This document shows positions 6,834 to 16,940 of a stretch of 64,000 bases of DNA, piece after piece. Position 1 is the first letter of the stretch; each line of letters starts with the position of its first letter. The stretch is from a virus. The stretch lies in the IMG/VR virus record IMGVR_UViG_3300046514_000542; one strand, given 5' to 3'. A model generated the notes under the pieces. It saw only the letters and a program-made list of their open reading frames with translations. It did not search any database and was not told where the DNA came from. The position numbers and the translations under genes are program-made.

Positions 6834-8375
6834 ATGACTTCAATTCCCTATTCTGTTGTTGGAACGACACCCGGTAACGCTCTTCAAGAGCTGCTGGTAG
6901 CTCCGGATATCATTCCTGGGGATGTGATTTCATATCAAACATGCAAAGAGATTTACCTCTATCACCCGCTTGGTGCACGTATTACCGAAGGCCCAGTGTC
7001 CCTCGCTTTAGCACAAAAACGCAACATCAAGGTTCCTGACAGCCCTGCTGAATTTTGTGTGAGTGCTTTTGAAAATGAGTGGAAAAACATTGGTGGTGAT
7101 TTTCTTGTTCATAATCTTCTTACTGTCAGTCGCATTTATGGGGTTGCATCTATCGCAGTCTTGGTAGATGGGTTAAAGAGCAATGAGCCGATTGACTATT
7201 GGGATCTACCTGATCTTAATCTTAGCTTTAATATATTGGACCCTCTTAATACATCTGGTTCTCTCGTTCTTAACCAAAATCCCAATGCTATGGACTTCAT
7301 GAAGTATCAACAAATTGCTGTATCTGGTACAGCGTACCACCCTTCTCGCTCTGTGACTGTCACCAATGAAAAGCCCATATACCTTGGCTATACTACTTCT
7401 GCTTTTGGCTTTGTCGGTCGTAGTGCTTATCAGCGTGCTTTCTACCCATTAAAGTCATATATTAAGAGCCTTATTGCTGATGATCTTGTTGAGACTAAAG
7501 TCGGTGTTCTCGTTGCTAAGATTAAGCAACCCGGCAACTTTGTTGATAATATCATGGCGTGGGCCAATTCTTTTAAGCGTTCCATTGTTAAAGAAGCAGA
7601 AACCGGCAACGTAATCAATATCACACCGGAAGAAGAAATTGAATCGCTTAACATGCAAAACCTTGAAGGTCCTCATGTTCTTGCCCGTCGCAATATTCTC
7701 GAGAATATCTCCAACGCGGTTGATATGCCCGTAAAGCTCCTCACCCAAGAGTCTTTCGCCGAGGGGTTTGGGGAAGGTTCGGAAGACGCGAAAGCGGTTG
7801 CTCGCTATATAGACCGACTCCGGGAGACCATGGACCCGGTATACCGGTTCTTAGATCGTATAGTGATGCACCGGGCTTGGACTCCGGCCTTCTTTAAGTC
7901 GCTGCGTAAGAAATACCCGGAAAAATACAGGAGTATGACATACCGGGAAGCTTTTTACGAATGGACGAACTGCTATACGGCTGTGTGGCCTTCATACTTG
8001 CGCGAGCCTGATTCCGACCAAGTTAAGGTCGATGACACTAAAATGAAAGCTGCAATCAGTATTTATCAGATTTTGGAAATTGGTTTTGACCCAGAGAACA
8101 AGGCGCGGCTCATTCAATGGATTGCTGATGCAGTTACGAATAACAAGCTTCTGTATTCCAGCCCATTAGAATTGGATTATGAGGTGTTGGTTGAACACCT
8201 TAAAAAAGAACATGATATGGTGCAGCAATCGCGTGAACAGGCGTTGCAAGCAGGTGGTGAAGGTGGTGATGAGATAGAACCAGCGACACCGAGTCTGCCA
8301 AAGGTTAAGATGGCAAGAGCTGATACCGCTGTAGTCAAGTTGATAGAGCATATTAAAAATGCCACAGCGAAGTAA
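6834..8375 (+). CDS. portal protein (by size and position)
   Basis: 513 aa, between the terminase module and the head maturation/scaffold/capsid genes. There is no motif-level proof. Confidence 0.7.
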   Translation: MTSIPYSVVGTTPGNALQELLVAPDIIPGDVISYQTCKEIYLYHPLGARITEGPVSLALAQKRNIKVPDSPAEFCVSAFENEWKNIGGDFLVHNLLTVSRIYGVASIAVLVDGLKSNEPIDYWDLPDLNLSFNILDPLNTSGSLVLNQNPNAMDFMKYQQIAVSGTAYHPSRSVTVTNEKPIYLGYTTSAFGFVGRSAYQRAFYPLKSYIKSLIADDLVETKVGVLVAKIKQPGNFVDNIMAWANSFKRSIVKEAETGNVINITPEEEIESLNMQNLEGPHVLARRNILENISNAVDMPVKLLTQESFAEGFGEGSEDAKAVARYIDRLRETMDPVYRFLDRIVMHRAWTPAFFKSLRKKYPEKYRSMTYREAFYEWTNCYTAVWPSYLREPDSDQVKVDDTKMKAAISIYQILEIGFDPENKARLIQWIADAVTNNKLLYSSPLELDYEVLVEHLKKEHDMVQQSREQALQAGGEGGDEIEPATPSLPKVKMARADTAVVKLIEHIKNATAK

Positions 8376-8595
8376 AGTTGTCAGTGCGCTTAGGTTCATT
8401 AATAAGAATCCAAAGGTGCCGGAAAAAGGTATCAAGTACATTGGGCGCAAGCTACAAGAAACTGAGGAAGAGCCTGGGCAAACGCAGAAGTATTTAAAAT
8501 CAGCATATCAGTATTTGCAAAGGCAATCTAAAGGATCACCGATATTAAAGAATATTCGACGCTTGAGTACTGCAATTGGTAAACCTGGAAGATAA
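8359..8595 (+). CDS. hypothetical basic protein (78 aa)
   Basis: ATG 8359 overlaps the portal 3' end. Lys/Arg-rich. Confidence 0.35.
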   Translation: MPQRSKVVSALRFINKNPKVPEKGIKYIGRKLQETEEEPGQTQKYLKSAYQYLQRQSKGSPILKNIRRLSTAIGKPGR

Positions 8596-8597
8596 CC

Positions 8598-8762
8598 ATG
8601 TCTCTTGGTTTAATCCTAGTTATCATTATTGTTGTTATTTTGATTGGTGGTAATGGACCATGGATCTCTAGTCCAGGCTATGGTTATGGTCATGGTCTTA
8701 ATGGTGCTCTTGGGGTGATATTAGTTATCATCTTAATTCTGTATTTACTAGGTAGATTTTAA
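8598..8762 (+). CDS. small membrane protein (54 aa, DUF3309-like; not in the ORF track)
   Basis: ATG 8598 to TAA 8760-8762: MSLGLILVIIIVVILIGGNGPWISSPGYGYGHGLNGALGVILVIILILYLLGRF. The helix/Gly-aromatic loop/helix layout resembles DUF3309 (memory-based). Confidence 0.5.
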   Translation: MSLGLILVIIIVVILIGGNGPWISSPGYGYGHGLNGALGVILVIILILYLLGRF

Positions 8763-9139
8763 TGGCTCCTATTCCTCCATTACAGGTTTTAGATGGCCCT
8801 ATTATTCAGGCTGGTGAATCTGTTTCTGATGCGTTAGACACAGGAGTTTTGCATCCTGTTCGTATTACGATGCCAGCAGAATGGGATTCGGCTGTAATTT
8901 CTTTTATTGTTTCAACTGATGGTATTAATTATTATGATTTGTACCATAGTAACGGTAGTCCAGTTACAGTGACTGTAGTTCCTGGGGCTACGATGGTTGT
9001 TCCAACTGACACTGCTCGTTCTATTCGACATCTTAAAATTCGTTCTGGGAATCCTGGCTCTCCAGTTATACAACAGAAAACTCGTGTATTTAGAATTGTT
9101 GTTGTAGAGCCCGGTGCTGATATAACGTCCCCGGAGTAG
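8762..9139 (+). CDS. hypothetical protein (125 aa)
   Basis: ATG overlaps the preceding stop. No domain recognised. Confidence 0.5.
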   Translation: MAPIPPLQVLDGPIIQAGESVSDALDTGVLHPVRITMPAEWDSAVISFIVSTDGINYYDLYHSNGSPVTVTVVPGATMVVPTDTARSIRHLKIRSGNPGSPVIQQKTRVFRIVVVEPGADITSPE

Positions 9140-9141
9140 GT

Positions 9142-9504
9142 ATGGCTCTAATTCCTGGGGTAGCTACGTCTTTAATCTATGGAGTAGCTATGCCTTTAGC
9201 CGCTGGCAAGTCCAAAGAAACTGTTAGTAAGAATATATCTGAATTGCGACATTCTGGACGTCCGCAAGAACAAGCTGTAGCAATAGCTATGAAGACTGCT
9301 GGCAAGTCTAAAAGCGACGATAATCAAAAAATGGGGTTTACGAGCGAAGGGGCCAAGAAGATATCAGAGATGTGCGACGCCCTTAGTGCTCGTATGGATG
9401 CCTTTGAAAAGCGCAAGGCGCAGAGTCAACCGGTAGATGTTAAGCCTAGGACCAAAGATGGGATGCAACCGAGCAACCCGCACCCTAAGGAACCTGGTGG
9501 TTAA
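9142..9504 (+). CDS. hypothetical Lys-rich protein (120 aa)
   Basis: [26 protein letters not shown] resembles DUF6496-type small proteins (memory-based). Confidence 0.5.
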   Translation: MALIPGVATSLIYGVAMPLAAGKSKETVSKNISELRHSGRPQEQAVAIAMKTAGKSKSDDNQKMGFTSEGAKKISEMCDALSARMDAFEKRKAQSQPVDVKPRTKDGMQPSNPHPKEPGG

Positions 9505-10613
9505 TGACCGTTGCGGCAGGTATTCTATTCAGGGCACAATCTGGCCGCATCTTGTTGTGCCGTCGTGTTGATGGATTGGGGTGGTGTATCCCTGGTGGTG
9601 GTCAAAAGGAAGGTGAGTCTTTAGAAAACTGTGCGGTAAGAGAATGCGTAGAAGAAACTGGTTACAACCCCGGCCACGTAGGAAAGTTGCTTTGTCGAAG
9701 AATTAAAGACGGTGTGGATTATACGACTTATCTGCATAATTGTCCAGATGAATTTGTACCTAAATTGAACCATGAGCATGATTCTCATGTTTGGCTGCAC
9801 CCTGAACATGCAGAAACAACACAGATACATCCTGGTCTTCGTATTGCCTTGCGCAAGCTACACGGTATGAATGAACTGGAAATAGCTGAGGCCATACGGG
9901 ATCAAGAACTTACTTCACCACAGTTTGTTGAACATGTATGTTTACTTGATATGCGTATTAGTGGAACTGGTTTCAGCTATCGCCCTAAGCTTGATGAGTG
10001 GGTATTTCGACGTGAAAGTATTTATCTTACACCTGAGTTTTTACGGCGTTGTAATGGGCTCCCTATTATCTGGCAGCATCCAGGTTCACAGATTCTTAAT
10101 TCTGATGAATTCTCTAAGCGGGTTGTAGGGACGATGTTTGTGCCGTATATCAAAGGTGATGATGTTTGGGGAATAGCTAAGATTTATGATGCTGCTGCTG
10201 CTCATGCCATCTTATCAGAAGATATGTCAACATCACCTAGTGTGGTGTTTCGTGATCCTAAAGTTAATTATAACATTGAAATGGGTGATGGTAGTACTCT
10301 GCTGGTTGAAGGTAATCCCAGCTTTGTAGATCATCTGGCTATTTGTGAAAAGGGTGTTTGGGATAAGAGCGGCCCTGCCAGCGGTATTCGCGTTGACTCC
10401 GAAACGTCAACCGGTGAAGCGCGTGAAATGGCGGTTACTGCAAAGCTAGATCAGCTTCCTGAGCCCAGTGCTGCACTTGTTGGAACAGGTGTAGAACCTA
10501 CAGAAAATATGCCGACCATCCCACCCGGCATTAATGACTTGGCGGTGGGGCTGAGTGCATTAGCGTCTAGGCTCGATAAGTTTGTATCGAGACGAGATCT
10601 AATGGTGCGTTAA
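9504..10613 (+). CDS. Nudix hydrolase fused to a DUF2213-like head maturation/protease-type domain
   Basis: Intact Nudix box G-x5-E-x7-REUxEExGU (GGQKEGESLENCAVRECVEETGY, nt 9597-9665). The C-terminal ~220 aa (LPIIWQHP...VGTMF...STSPSVVF...VDHLAICEKG) resemble DUF2213 (memory-based). Confidence 0.7.
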   Translation: MTVAAGILFRAQSGRILLCRRVDGLGWCIPGGGQKEGESLENCAVRECVEETGYNPGHVGKLLCRRIKDGVDYTTYLHNCPDEFVPKLNHEHDSHVWLHPEHAETTQIHPGLRIALRKLHGMNELEIAEAIRDQELTSPQFVEHVCLLDMRISGTGFSYRPKLDEWVFRRESIYLTPEFLRRCNGLPIIWQHPGSQILNSDEFSKRVVGTMFVPYIKGDDVWGIAKIYDAAAAHAILSEDMSTSPSVVFRDPKVNYNIEMGDGSTLLVEGNPSFVDHLAICEKGVWDKSGPASGIRVDSETSTGEAREMAVTAKLDQLPEPSAALVGTGVEPTENMPTIPPGINDLAVGLSALASRLDKFVSRRDLMVR

Positions 10614-10644
10614 AATTGTCGCTGCTAACTAAGAGGAGTTGATC

Positions 10645-11670
10645 ATGCCAGCAGCTAATGTCAGCAGCGATAATCTCATCGCTGACGCCATCGCGAAGAT
10701 GGATGCGATTGTCAAGCGCATGGATGCGCTTGAGACTGGTGAGGGGTCTAAGAACCCTGTCACCAAGGGAGATGACGACGATGATAAGAAGTCGAAACGC
10801 GACGATGCAAAGTCGAAGGCCGACGACGATGACGATGACGATGATAAGAAGGCCGATACAACGGCCGTCAAGAATAAAATCCTCGACGATGCGGCGGGAA
10901 GTAAGAAAAAGTCAGATGCTTCTGAAGTACCTCCGCCGCCTTTGAAGAAAGACTCTAAGAAGGCCGATGCTAAAAAGTCCGACGATGGCGAGCTTGAAAT
11001 CAAGCACGAGCCTGAGAAAAAGGGTGATAGTAAGAAGACTGACGCAGCCAAGAAGGCTGATGATGACGATGATGACGATGACGATGATGATAAAAAAGAC
11101 GATGCATTGACTATGAAGACTCGGTCATTGCATAAGGATGATGATGACGATGATAAGAAGGATGATGCTGTGGCCAAGGCAGACGATATCGGCGACTTGA
11201 AGCAGCAACTGCTCAGTCAGGCCGCAATTATTGCCAAGTTGCAGTCAATGATGAAGCCTCGGTCCGATGATGAGCACGCAGCGTTTGCTGATGCTCAGGC
11301 TAAAGCCGATGCTGTTTTCCAGGGCTTTGGGAAACACGCTCCTCGGCCCTTGGAGGGTGAAGATGTAATGGATTATCGCAAGCGGTTGGCAAAGGACCTA
11401 AAGATCCATTCGCCAAGGTGGAGCAAGACTAAGTTTTCTCGGATGGACGATGAAACTTTCGGCCAGATCGAAGAACAGGTCTATGCAGACGCGACGACTG
11501 CTGCTGCCAACCCGGTAGATCTGGAGGCAGGTGAACTACGTATGGTTACTAAGGTTGATCCTGCGACCGGTATGCGTTCTAACGTCTTCTATGGCAAAGA
11601 ATCGTTTGTCAAGCAGATGGGTCGTCCGGGTCGCAGAGTAGCTGCCTTTCGTACCTTGTCTTCGGTCTAA
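10645..11670 (+). CDS. scaffolding-like protein, extremely D/K-rich
   Basis: ATG 10645 with a GAGGAG RBS. It has runs such as DDDDDDDDDDKKDD and a helical C-terminal half. It sits just upstream of the capsid gene. Confidence 0.55.
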   Translation: MPAANVSSDNLIADAIAKMDAIVKRMDALETGEGSKNPVTKGDDDDDKKSKRDDAKSKADDDDDDDDKKADTTAVKNKILDDAAGSKKKSDASEVPPPPLKKDSKKADAKKSDDGELEIKHEPEKKGDSKKTDAAKKADDDDDDDDDDDKKDDALTMKTRSLHKDDDDDDKKDDAVAKADDIGDLKQQLLSQAAIIAKLQSMMKPRSDDEHAAFADAQAKADAVFQGFGKHAPRPLEGEDVMDYRKRLAKDLKIHSPRWSKTKFSRMDDETFGQIEEQVYADATTAAANPVDLEAGELRMVTKVDPATGMRSNVFYGKESFVKQMGRPGRRVAAFRTLSSV

Positions 11671-11705
11671 TCGCGCTAGTCTGCGCCTGAAAAGAGGGAC
11701 TCCCA

Positions 11706-12326
11706 ATGGCTGTCGCTAACATCCAATTCAACCCGTACATTCAGACCACTGCGGCTGGAATGTTCACCATCGAGTCAGATGGTTTCATTGTGGGGACGGC
11801 AATGCCGGATCCTTCAGCTCGCTTCGCACTTTCGGGTGGCACTCTAGCCGCAGCGGAAACTATTCCGATGTTTGGTGGTGTTGCCATCTCGGAAAATATT
11901 CCGTATGAACCTAGTGCGACACCTCGCCCGGTTGTTCCGCTGGGTGGCATCATCGCGCGCGCAACGACATATGCGAACCTTACCGGGTTCAGTGTATTCG
12001 ATCAAAACTTTGCGGCGGTGAATACACCTCAATCACCGGTTCCTACAGTTGGGAATGGTGGTTTGGTGAATTTCTATCGCCTTGGTTCTGGTATCCGTGT
12101 AGCGTTGCAAATTGATCCTACACTGATAACGCTGGAAGGCGGTCTTATCAACGCACAAGTTTCATGGGACTTTACTAACAATAAAATCATCGCTTTTTCT
12201 ACTACTGCTTTGGCGGTGAAAATCCTTGCTATCAAGGCAACAGGGTGTATGGTTCCATCTTACTCGGCTGGAACTGGGTTGACAACTTGGGCGTACAATG
12301 GAGCAGCGGCACTCTGCTTGCTGTAA
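11706..12326 (+). CDS. hypothetical head protein (206 aa)
   Basis: Lies between the scaffold-like and capsid genes. AGAGGG RBS. Confidence 0.5.
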   Translation: MAVANIQFNPYIQTTAAGMFTIESDGFIVGTAMPDPSARFALSGGTLAAAETIPMFGGVAISENIPYEPSATPRPVVPLGGIIARATTYANLTGFSVFDQNFAAVNTPQSPVPTVGNGGLVNFYRLGSGIRVALQIDPTLITLEGGLINAQVSWDFTNNKIIAFSTTALAVKILAIKATGCMVPSYSAGTGLTTWAYNGAAALCLL

Positions 12327-12374
12327 TCTATCACAAGGCCGGGGCCTCCCTGGGCCTAATATAGGAGAATAACC

Positions 12375-13403
12375 ATGGTTGCGATTTCCCCGGCATTTGT
12401 GCAGGTTCATCCATCTTATATGATGCCTGATACACTGATGCCATATTCTCAGGCGTCTGGTGCATTTGACTTGCTTGCTTCTGGTGCACCTATGGTCAGG
12501 CTATCGGAAGGTGACCTGTATGCCTACATCAAGCGCGTTGATATTCGCACCAGAATGGCGGCTGGTCAGTCCGCGTACAATCAGTTGCCGGGTGTTGCCT
12601 TCTCACTATCTCAAATCAGTGCCCCGACTTATCTACTGCGGGTACGGGCAGAATACGATCATCACGACACTGCTGCTATGTCTCGATGGGGTCTATCCAT
12701 TGTAGATGCTCACCGGCTTGGGATGCGGCAGGCAACGTTCCAGCTTATGCGGAATGCGCTGCTATACGGGTTCAACCCGGTTAATGGCGAGGGCTTGCTG
12801 AATGCGGCTGGATCCACAGCTATCACACTACCGGCAGATAGTGCAGGTAACTCAACGGTGGTGACCTATGATAACGGACAAATGGCATTCTTCCTCATTT
12901 CTGTGGTGAGTGCCATTAAGAGCCGAACCAATCAGCTTGGCATTGGGCGTAAGTTCGTATTCGTTGGGCCACAGCGTACCCTCGGCGCCATGGAGTACCA
13001 GAATATTGTCCAACTCACTAGCTATCAGCGTAAGGGTGGTGGTGTTGCATCCACGGCAGGTCTTGTCAAGGATGTGCTTGAAATGAATGATGATGAGATC
13101 ATCTGGGCTTATGATGATACTCTGATCGGCAAGGGTGTCGGTGGCGGTAACAATGATGCGGTCATCGTTGTTATGCCTGAGGTTGAGCAGCCCAAGGGCT
13201 CGAAGATCAATACCAATGAGTTTGCAAAGCTGACCCCGTCCATGGAAGCATGTACGCTTCAGCTTTGCGATATGGCGGCACCAAAGGAAATCCCGGTCCC
13301 GCTGGCTGGTGGTGCTATCGACGTGTTGGCTGAGCTTCGGTGTACTTCAGGTTGGGGAGTTCGTCCTGAAGCTATCACCGTAGTAACTATGCTGTATCAG
13401 TAA
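12375..13403 (+). CDS. major capsid protein (by position and size)
   Basis: 342 aa after the scaffold-like gene, with a strong RBS. The sequence type resembles the DUF2184-type capsid family (memory-based). Confidence 0.65.
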   Translation: MVAISPAFVQVHPSYMMPDTLMPYSQASGAFDLLASGAPMVRLSEGDLYAYIKRVDIRTRMAAGQSAYNQLPGVAFSLSQISAPTYLLRVRAEYDHHDTAAMSRWGLSIVDAHRLGMRQATFQLMRNALLYGFNPVNGEGLLNAAGSTAITLPADSAGNSTVVTYDNGQMAFFLISVVSAIKSRTNQLGIGRKFVFVGPQRTLGAMEYQNIVQLTSYQRKGGGVASTAGLVKDVLEMNDDEIIWAYDDTLIGKGVGGGNNDAVIVVMPEVEQPKGSKINTNEFAKLTPSMEACTLQLCDMAAPKEIPVPLAGGAIDVLAELRCTSGWGVRPEAITVVTMLYQ

Positions 13404-13455
13404 GTTTCTTTTCTCTACAAAGGAAATCGTTCGTATACTCAACAAGGAGAAGAAT

Positions 13456-13809
13456 ATGGCTTACTATGCAAAGAGTGATACTCCGATTTCTACAGTACCG
13501 GGTGATCTTGTAATTTGGGGACCGGGCGATCCACGTCCGACACTTCCTATTGCAGGATGGAACCCTGGCTCTGGTACGTGGCCGCAGCAACCTCCATCAG
13601 AACCACCTCCTGGTACTTGGGGCGGTAGCGGTGAACGCTTTCCTACGGTTCCAATTGCTGAACCGCCGTGGGGATGGGGCAATCCACCACCGAAGCCTAG
13701 TGTTCCGGATGTGCCGGGGTGGCAGATAAAGTATGGTTGGACAGCAACGACTGGATGGTTTGTATTTGCTCTTCCAACTGGTCCGGTTCCAACACCATCG
13801 AAGAAATAA
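13456..13809 (+). CDS. Pro/Trp/Gly-rich hypothetical protein
   Basis: AAGGAG RBS. PPWGWGNPPPKPSVPDVPGW low-complexity segment. Confidence 0.45.
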   Translation: MAYYAKSDTPISTVPGDLVIWGPGDPRPTLPIAGWNPGSGTWPQQPPSEPPPGTWGGSGERFPTVPIAEPPWGWGNPPPKPSVPDVPGWQIKYGWTATTGWFVFALPTGPVPTPSKK

Positions 13810-13906
13810 CTTTGTTTCACGGGAGACTGTGCACTAGCACGAACTAACGTGCTTCAAACTGTAGGGGCGACTGCAAGCGTCCGGTGCAACCTTTTTGGAG
13901 GAAGTA

Positions 13907-14431
13907 ATGCCTGAGCTTTATATTGGTAATTTCTCTAAGCAAATTCATCAATTTGCTTATCGTGCCTTAGAACGTAATGGTGTGATTTATCAAACAATTC
14001 CGATTGGTGGTCAAATTCGAATTGCACCCAATGGTTCTAAAACTGATTTATCAACACAAGAAATTGATTATGTTATTGATCAATATCGGCATTATGGTAT
14101 AATACCGATTGATGAAATATCAAAGATTGATGCATTCAGTAGTCTTTGTTATTCGATTGGTAAGCCAATTTCTGCTGAAAAGCTAGGTAGGTTGATGCGT
14201 AAGAAAGAAGAAGCTTTAATCGCACAAGGTAAAACAATTCAACAAGAAGCGGCGCTTGCTGTGAATTCACAGATCGAAGAGCAAATTGGTGCACCATTGC
14301 GTCAGTTGGAAATGAGTGTGACTGAGGATGAACCTCGGGCTGGATTTGCTGAAGATACAATTCATGTAGCTGAAGGTGTTCGTGTTACTAGGTCAGAACC
14401 ACTTGAACAGAGTCGTCGCAGTAGACACTGA
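13907..14431 (+). CDS. hypothetical protein (head completion candidate)
   Basis: ATG 13907 after GGAGG; the track start 13895 is TTG. Confidence 0.5.
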   Translation: MPELYIGNFSKQIHQFAYRALERNGVIYQTIPIGGQIRIAPNGSKTDLSTQEIDYVIDQYRHYGIIPIDEISKIDAFSSLCYSIGKPISAEKLGRLMRKKEEALIAQGKTIQQEAALAVNSQIEEQIGAPLRQLEMSVTEDEPRAGFAEDTIHVAEGVRVTRSEPLEQSRRSRH

Positions 14432-14946
14432 TGCCCAACGTAGTTTTACATTCAGCGCAAGTAACTGTGACTGGACCAGACTATCCAGTGGGTGGTCCAA
14501 CTTATGCTGGATTTGTGGTGTGGGTGTCTGAAATTATGGGTGTGCCACCTGAAGCTATGCCTAATGATTTTACACTTCAAATGGCATATGATACAGCTTT
14601 AAATCTAGCATATATTGGATTAGCAACTATTCCTAGCCAACCAACATCACCATCTATTTATGCGATTGCTGTCTATAATCTTGGTGGGGCGTTCTTAGTT
14701 GAGTTTGCGCAAGATGTACCACCGAGTACATATTGGACTGACTTACGAAATAAGCTAGGTATTTATTCAGCTTCGTTTGGGATTATTACTTCTGCTCATG
14801 ATCAAGGGACATCTGATAGTTTATATATTCCTGAAACAATAAAAAATATGACATTATTAGATCTTCAGTTAATGAAATCCCCATGGGGCCGTATGTATCT
14901 TATGCTTGCTGGTGAATGGGGTTCACTCTGGGGTATTACAATATGA
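14431..14946 (+). CDS. hypothetical protein (head-tail connector candidate)
   Basis: TGATG overlap with the upstream gene. Lies between the capsid and sheath genes. Confidence 0.5.
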   Translation: MPNVVLHSAQVTVTGPDYPVGGPTYAGFVVWVSEIMGVPPEAMPNDFTLQMAYDTALNLAYIGLATIPSQPTSPSIYAIAVYNLGGAFLVEFAQDVPPSTYWTDLRNKLGIYSASFGIITSAHDQGTSDSLYIPETIKNMTLLDLQLMKSPWGRMYLMLAGEWGSLWGITI

Positions 14947-15263
14947 AAATAAATTTTGGGTTTGAATCTATTACATATCCTGTTCGAACAGTAACCTCAT
15001 TGTCAGGAGTAGGTATTATTTCTGCATTACCAATGAAGAAGCAACTGGTTAAGAAATCTTCTAAGGTCGCAACGCTGCCTTCTAAAACGGCACCATCTGT
15101 AACGATTAAAGCGGTTTCTAAAAATGAACATGGGTTTTCTTCTGAAATGGAACGCCAATATCGTGAGTGGCGGCGTGGTGGTGCGGCTGGTCCTTCTCAT
15201 GCCAGGACTCTTTGGGCAGAGCAGTTTGAAAAACGGCTAAAGAAAGATTTAACTGGAAAATAA
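14943..15263 (+). CDS. hypothetical protein
   Basis: ATGA overlap at 14943. Confidence 0.45.
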   Translation: MKINFGFESITYPVRTVTSLSGVGIISALPMKKQLVKKSSKVATLPSKTAPSVTIKAVSKNEHGFSSEMERQYREWRRGGAAGPSHARTLWAEQFEKRLKKDLTGK

Positions 15264-15266
15264 AAG

Positions 15267-15614
15267 ATGAGCATCACAACAGTTGCTATAGCTAAGATAT
15301 TAGAAGAAAAATATCATATTGTTGAAAATTTTTATATAATGGAAGAAGACTATATAAGTGATTTAATAGAAGAAGCTTTTGGTGAAGAAATTGAAAAAGT
15401 AATGATGATGAAACGACTTACTAAAAAAAGTAGAGGGTTTTCAGATAAAACTACTGATAAAATAGTGAAAAGATTTCAGCGAAATTTGGCAAGAAGAGCT
15501 TATGATGGATTTATTACTGGGGTTCCAACTAAAGCTTCAATAAAAGATTCTCGCCCTAGTTTTATTGATACTGGGTTATACTCACAGTCTTTTCGTACAT
15601 GGGTAGAAGATTAA
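15267..15614 (+). CDS. hypothetical protein (115 aa)
   Basis: ATG 15267. Charged and helical. Confidence 0.5.
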   Translation: MSITTVAIAKILEEKYHIVENFYIMEEDYISDLIEEAFGEEIEKVMMMKRLTKKSRGFSDKTTDKIVKRFQRNLARRAYDGFITGVPTKASIKDSRPSFIDTGLYSQSFRTWVED

Positions 15615-16931
15615 ATGGCCTCAGTAACTGATGCCTTAAACTCTAAACCTCCGTTAGGCGCTACGCTTGAAGCTGGTGTACGACAGTTATCAGCTAATCA
15701 ACAGTTATCATTTTCTCTATATCGTAAATACATCTTTCCTCTCGATGGTATGAATTATTGGATAAGAGTGCCGTCTAGTCCAAACCCGGTTACAACTCCT
15801 GGTATCTTACCAATGCCGGGATTAGCCACGCAGACGGTCCAAGATGGTGAAGCAATACAAGTTTCCCCTGGTGGGCCTCTTGCACATTTTATCGTTGGTG
15901 GTACTATCTATAATCCTCTTAGTGCTAATGATCAAGGGCTTAGCAACGTCGAGTCTCTTTTTGTGGACTTTACTGGTCCAGCTTATTCTTATTCTACTGC
16001 CACCACACGTGAATTAAAGCCTGGAAGTAATATAGATATCCCGGCTAACTGTACTCCTGGTGCATGGGTTTGTGCTGCGAGTGGAAAACACAAATTCGTA
16101 TGTATGTTGCAGCGAACTACTCCTTCTGTTACTTTGCCTACAGATGTAGATGTAGTTGGTTCATTTCACTATGCAACAACTACTAATCAAGAGGAAGATT
16201 CAACATTTGATGTTAATGAGGTTGTTTTTACATCGTTATCAGAAATTCAACAGTTTAATCAAATAGGGCCAGATTTTTTATACCTCTGTCATTATGATGA
16301 TTTAATATTTGCTTTTGATTCTAGGGCTTGGTTATATGAACAGGCCGATCTTTACCATTATCGTGGTAGGGCGTTGAAAAGTAAGAATGTAACACAGATT
16401 GTTGAGGATCCTACTAATTTTCATCCTACACTTTCAGTTTCTAATTCTCTCCCTATTTGGTTGTATATGCAGATCTATGTGCCACCGTATCCGGGATTTA
16501 CATGTCCGTTTGTTTTATATCCATCTTTTCTAGTTGATGATAACTTACCGCCTCCGTTTGGATCTGTGCATATTGAAGATACCAGCGTACTTCAAATGAA
16601 TGCATATTTAGGACCAAGGCTCCAATCTAGTCAACTATGTCGGGAAACAGTAAAGATTCACTTGTTTGGTGTGAATAATGAAAAAGCAATTGATTTTATG
16701 AATTTTGTGACACAATATTCTCGTGACTGGAATTATATTGGGCTTGCAGAAAGCCCAGCTATAAATGATGAAAAGGATGTACAACCGGAAATGAAGATTA
16801 TCAGTAAACGGAAATACATAGAATTTGATATTAATTATTGTCAGTCAGTTAGCCGTGACATGGCTCGTCAGTTAATAGAACATGCTAAAGTTCAGTTCTA
16901 TAACCCACGTTGGTTTATAGACGCAACTTAG
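15615..16931 (+). CDS. hypothetical structural protein (438 aa)
   Basis: Contiguous with its neighbours in the late operon. Confidence 0.5.
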   Translation: MASVTDALNSKPPLGATLEAGVRQLSANQQLSFSLYRKYIFPLDGMNYWIRVPSSPNPVTTPGILPMPGLATQTVQDGEAIQVSPGGPLAHFIVGGTIYNPLSANDQGLSNVESLFVDFTGPAYSYSTATTRELKPGSNIDIPANCTPGAWVCAASGKHKFVCMLQRTTPSVTLPTDVDVVGSFHYATTTNQEEDSTFDVNEVVFTSLSEIQQFNQIGPDFLYLCHYDDLIFAFDSRAWLYEQADLYHYRGRALKSKNVTQIVEDPTNFHPTLSVSNSLPIWLYMQIYVPPYPGFTCPFVLYPSFLVDDNLPPPFGSVHIEDTSVLQMNAYLGPRLQSSQLCRETVKIHLFGVNNEKAIDFMNFVTQYSRDWNYIGLAESPAINDEKDVQPEMKIISKRKYIEFDINYCQSVSRDMARQLIEHAKVQFYNPRWFIDAT

Positions 16932-16940
16932 GGGTTTATC

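Noticed and set aside
10629-11177. Minus-strand 182-aa poly-Ser ORF and plus-strand ORF 10658..10945
   Set aside because: They are antisense or shifted-frame shadows of the GAT/GAC/AAG-rich scaffold gene.
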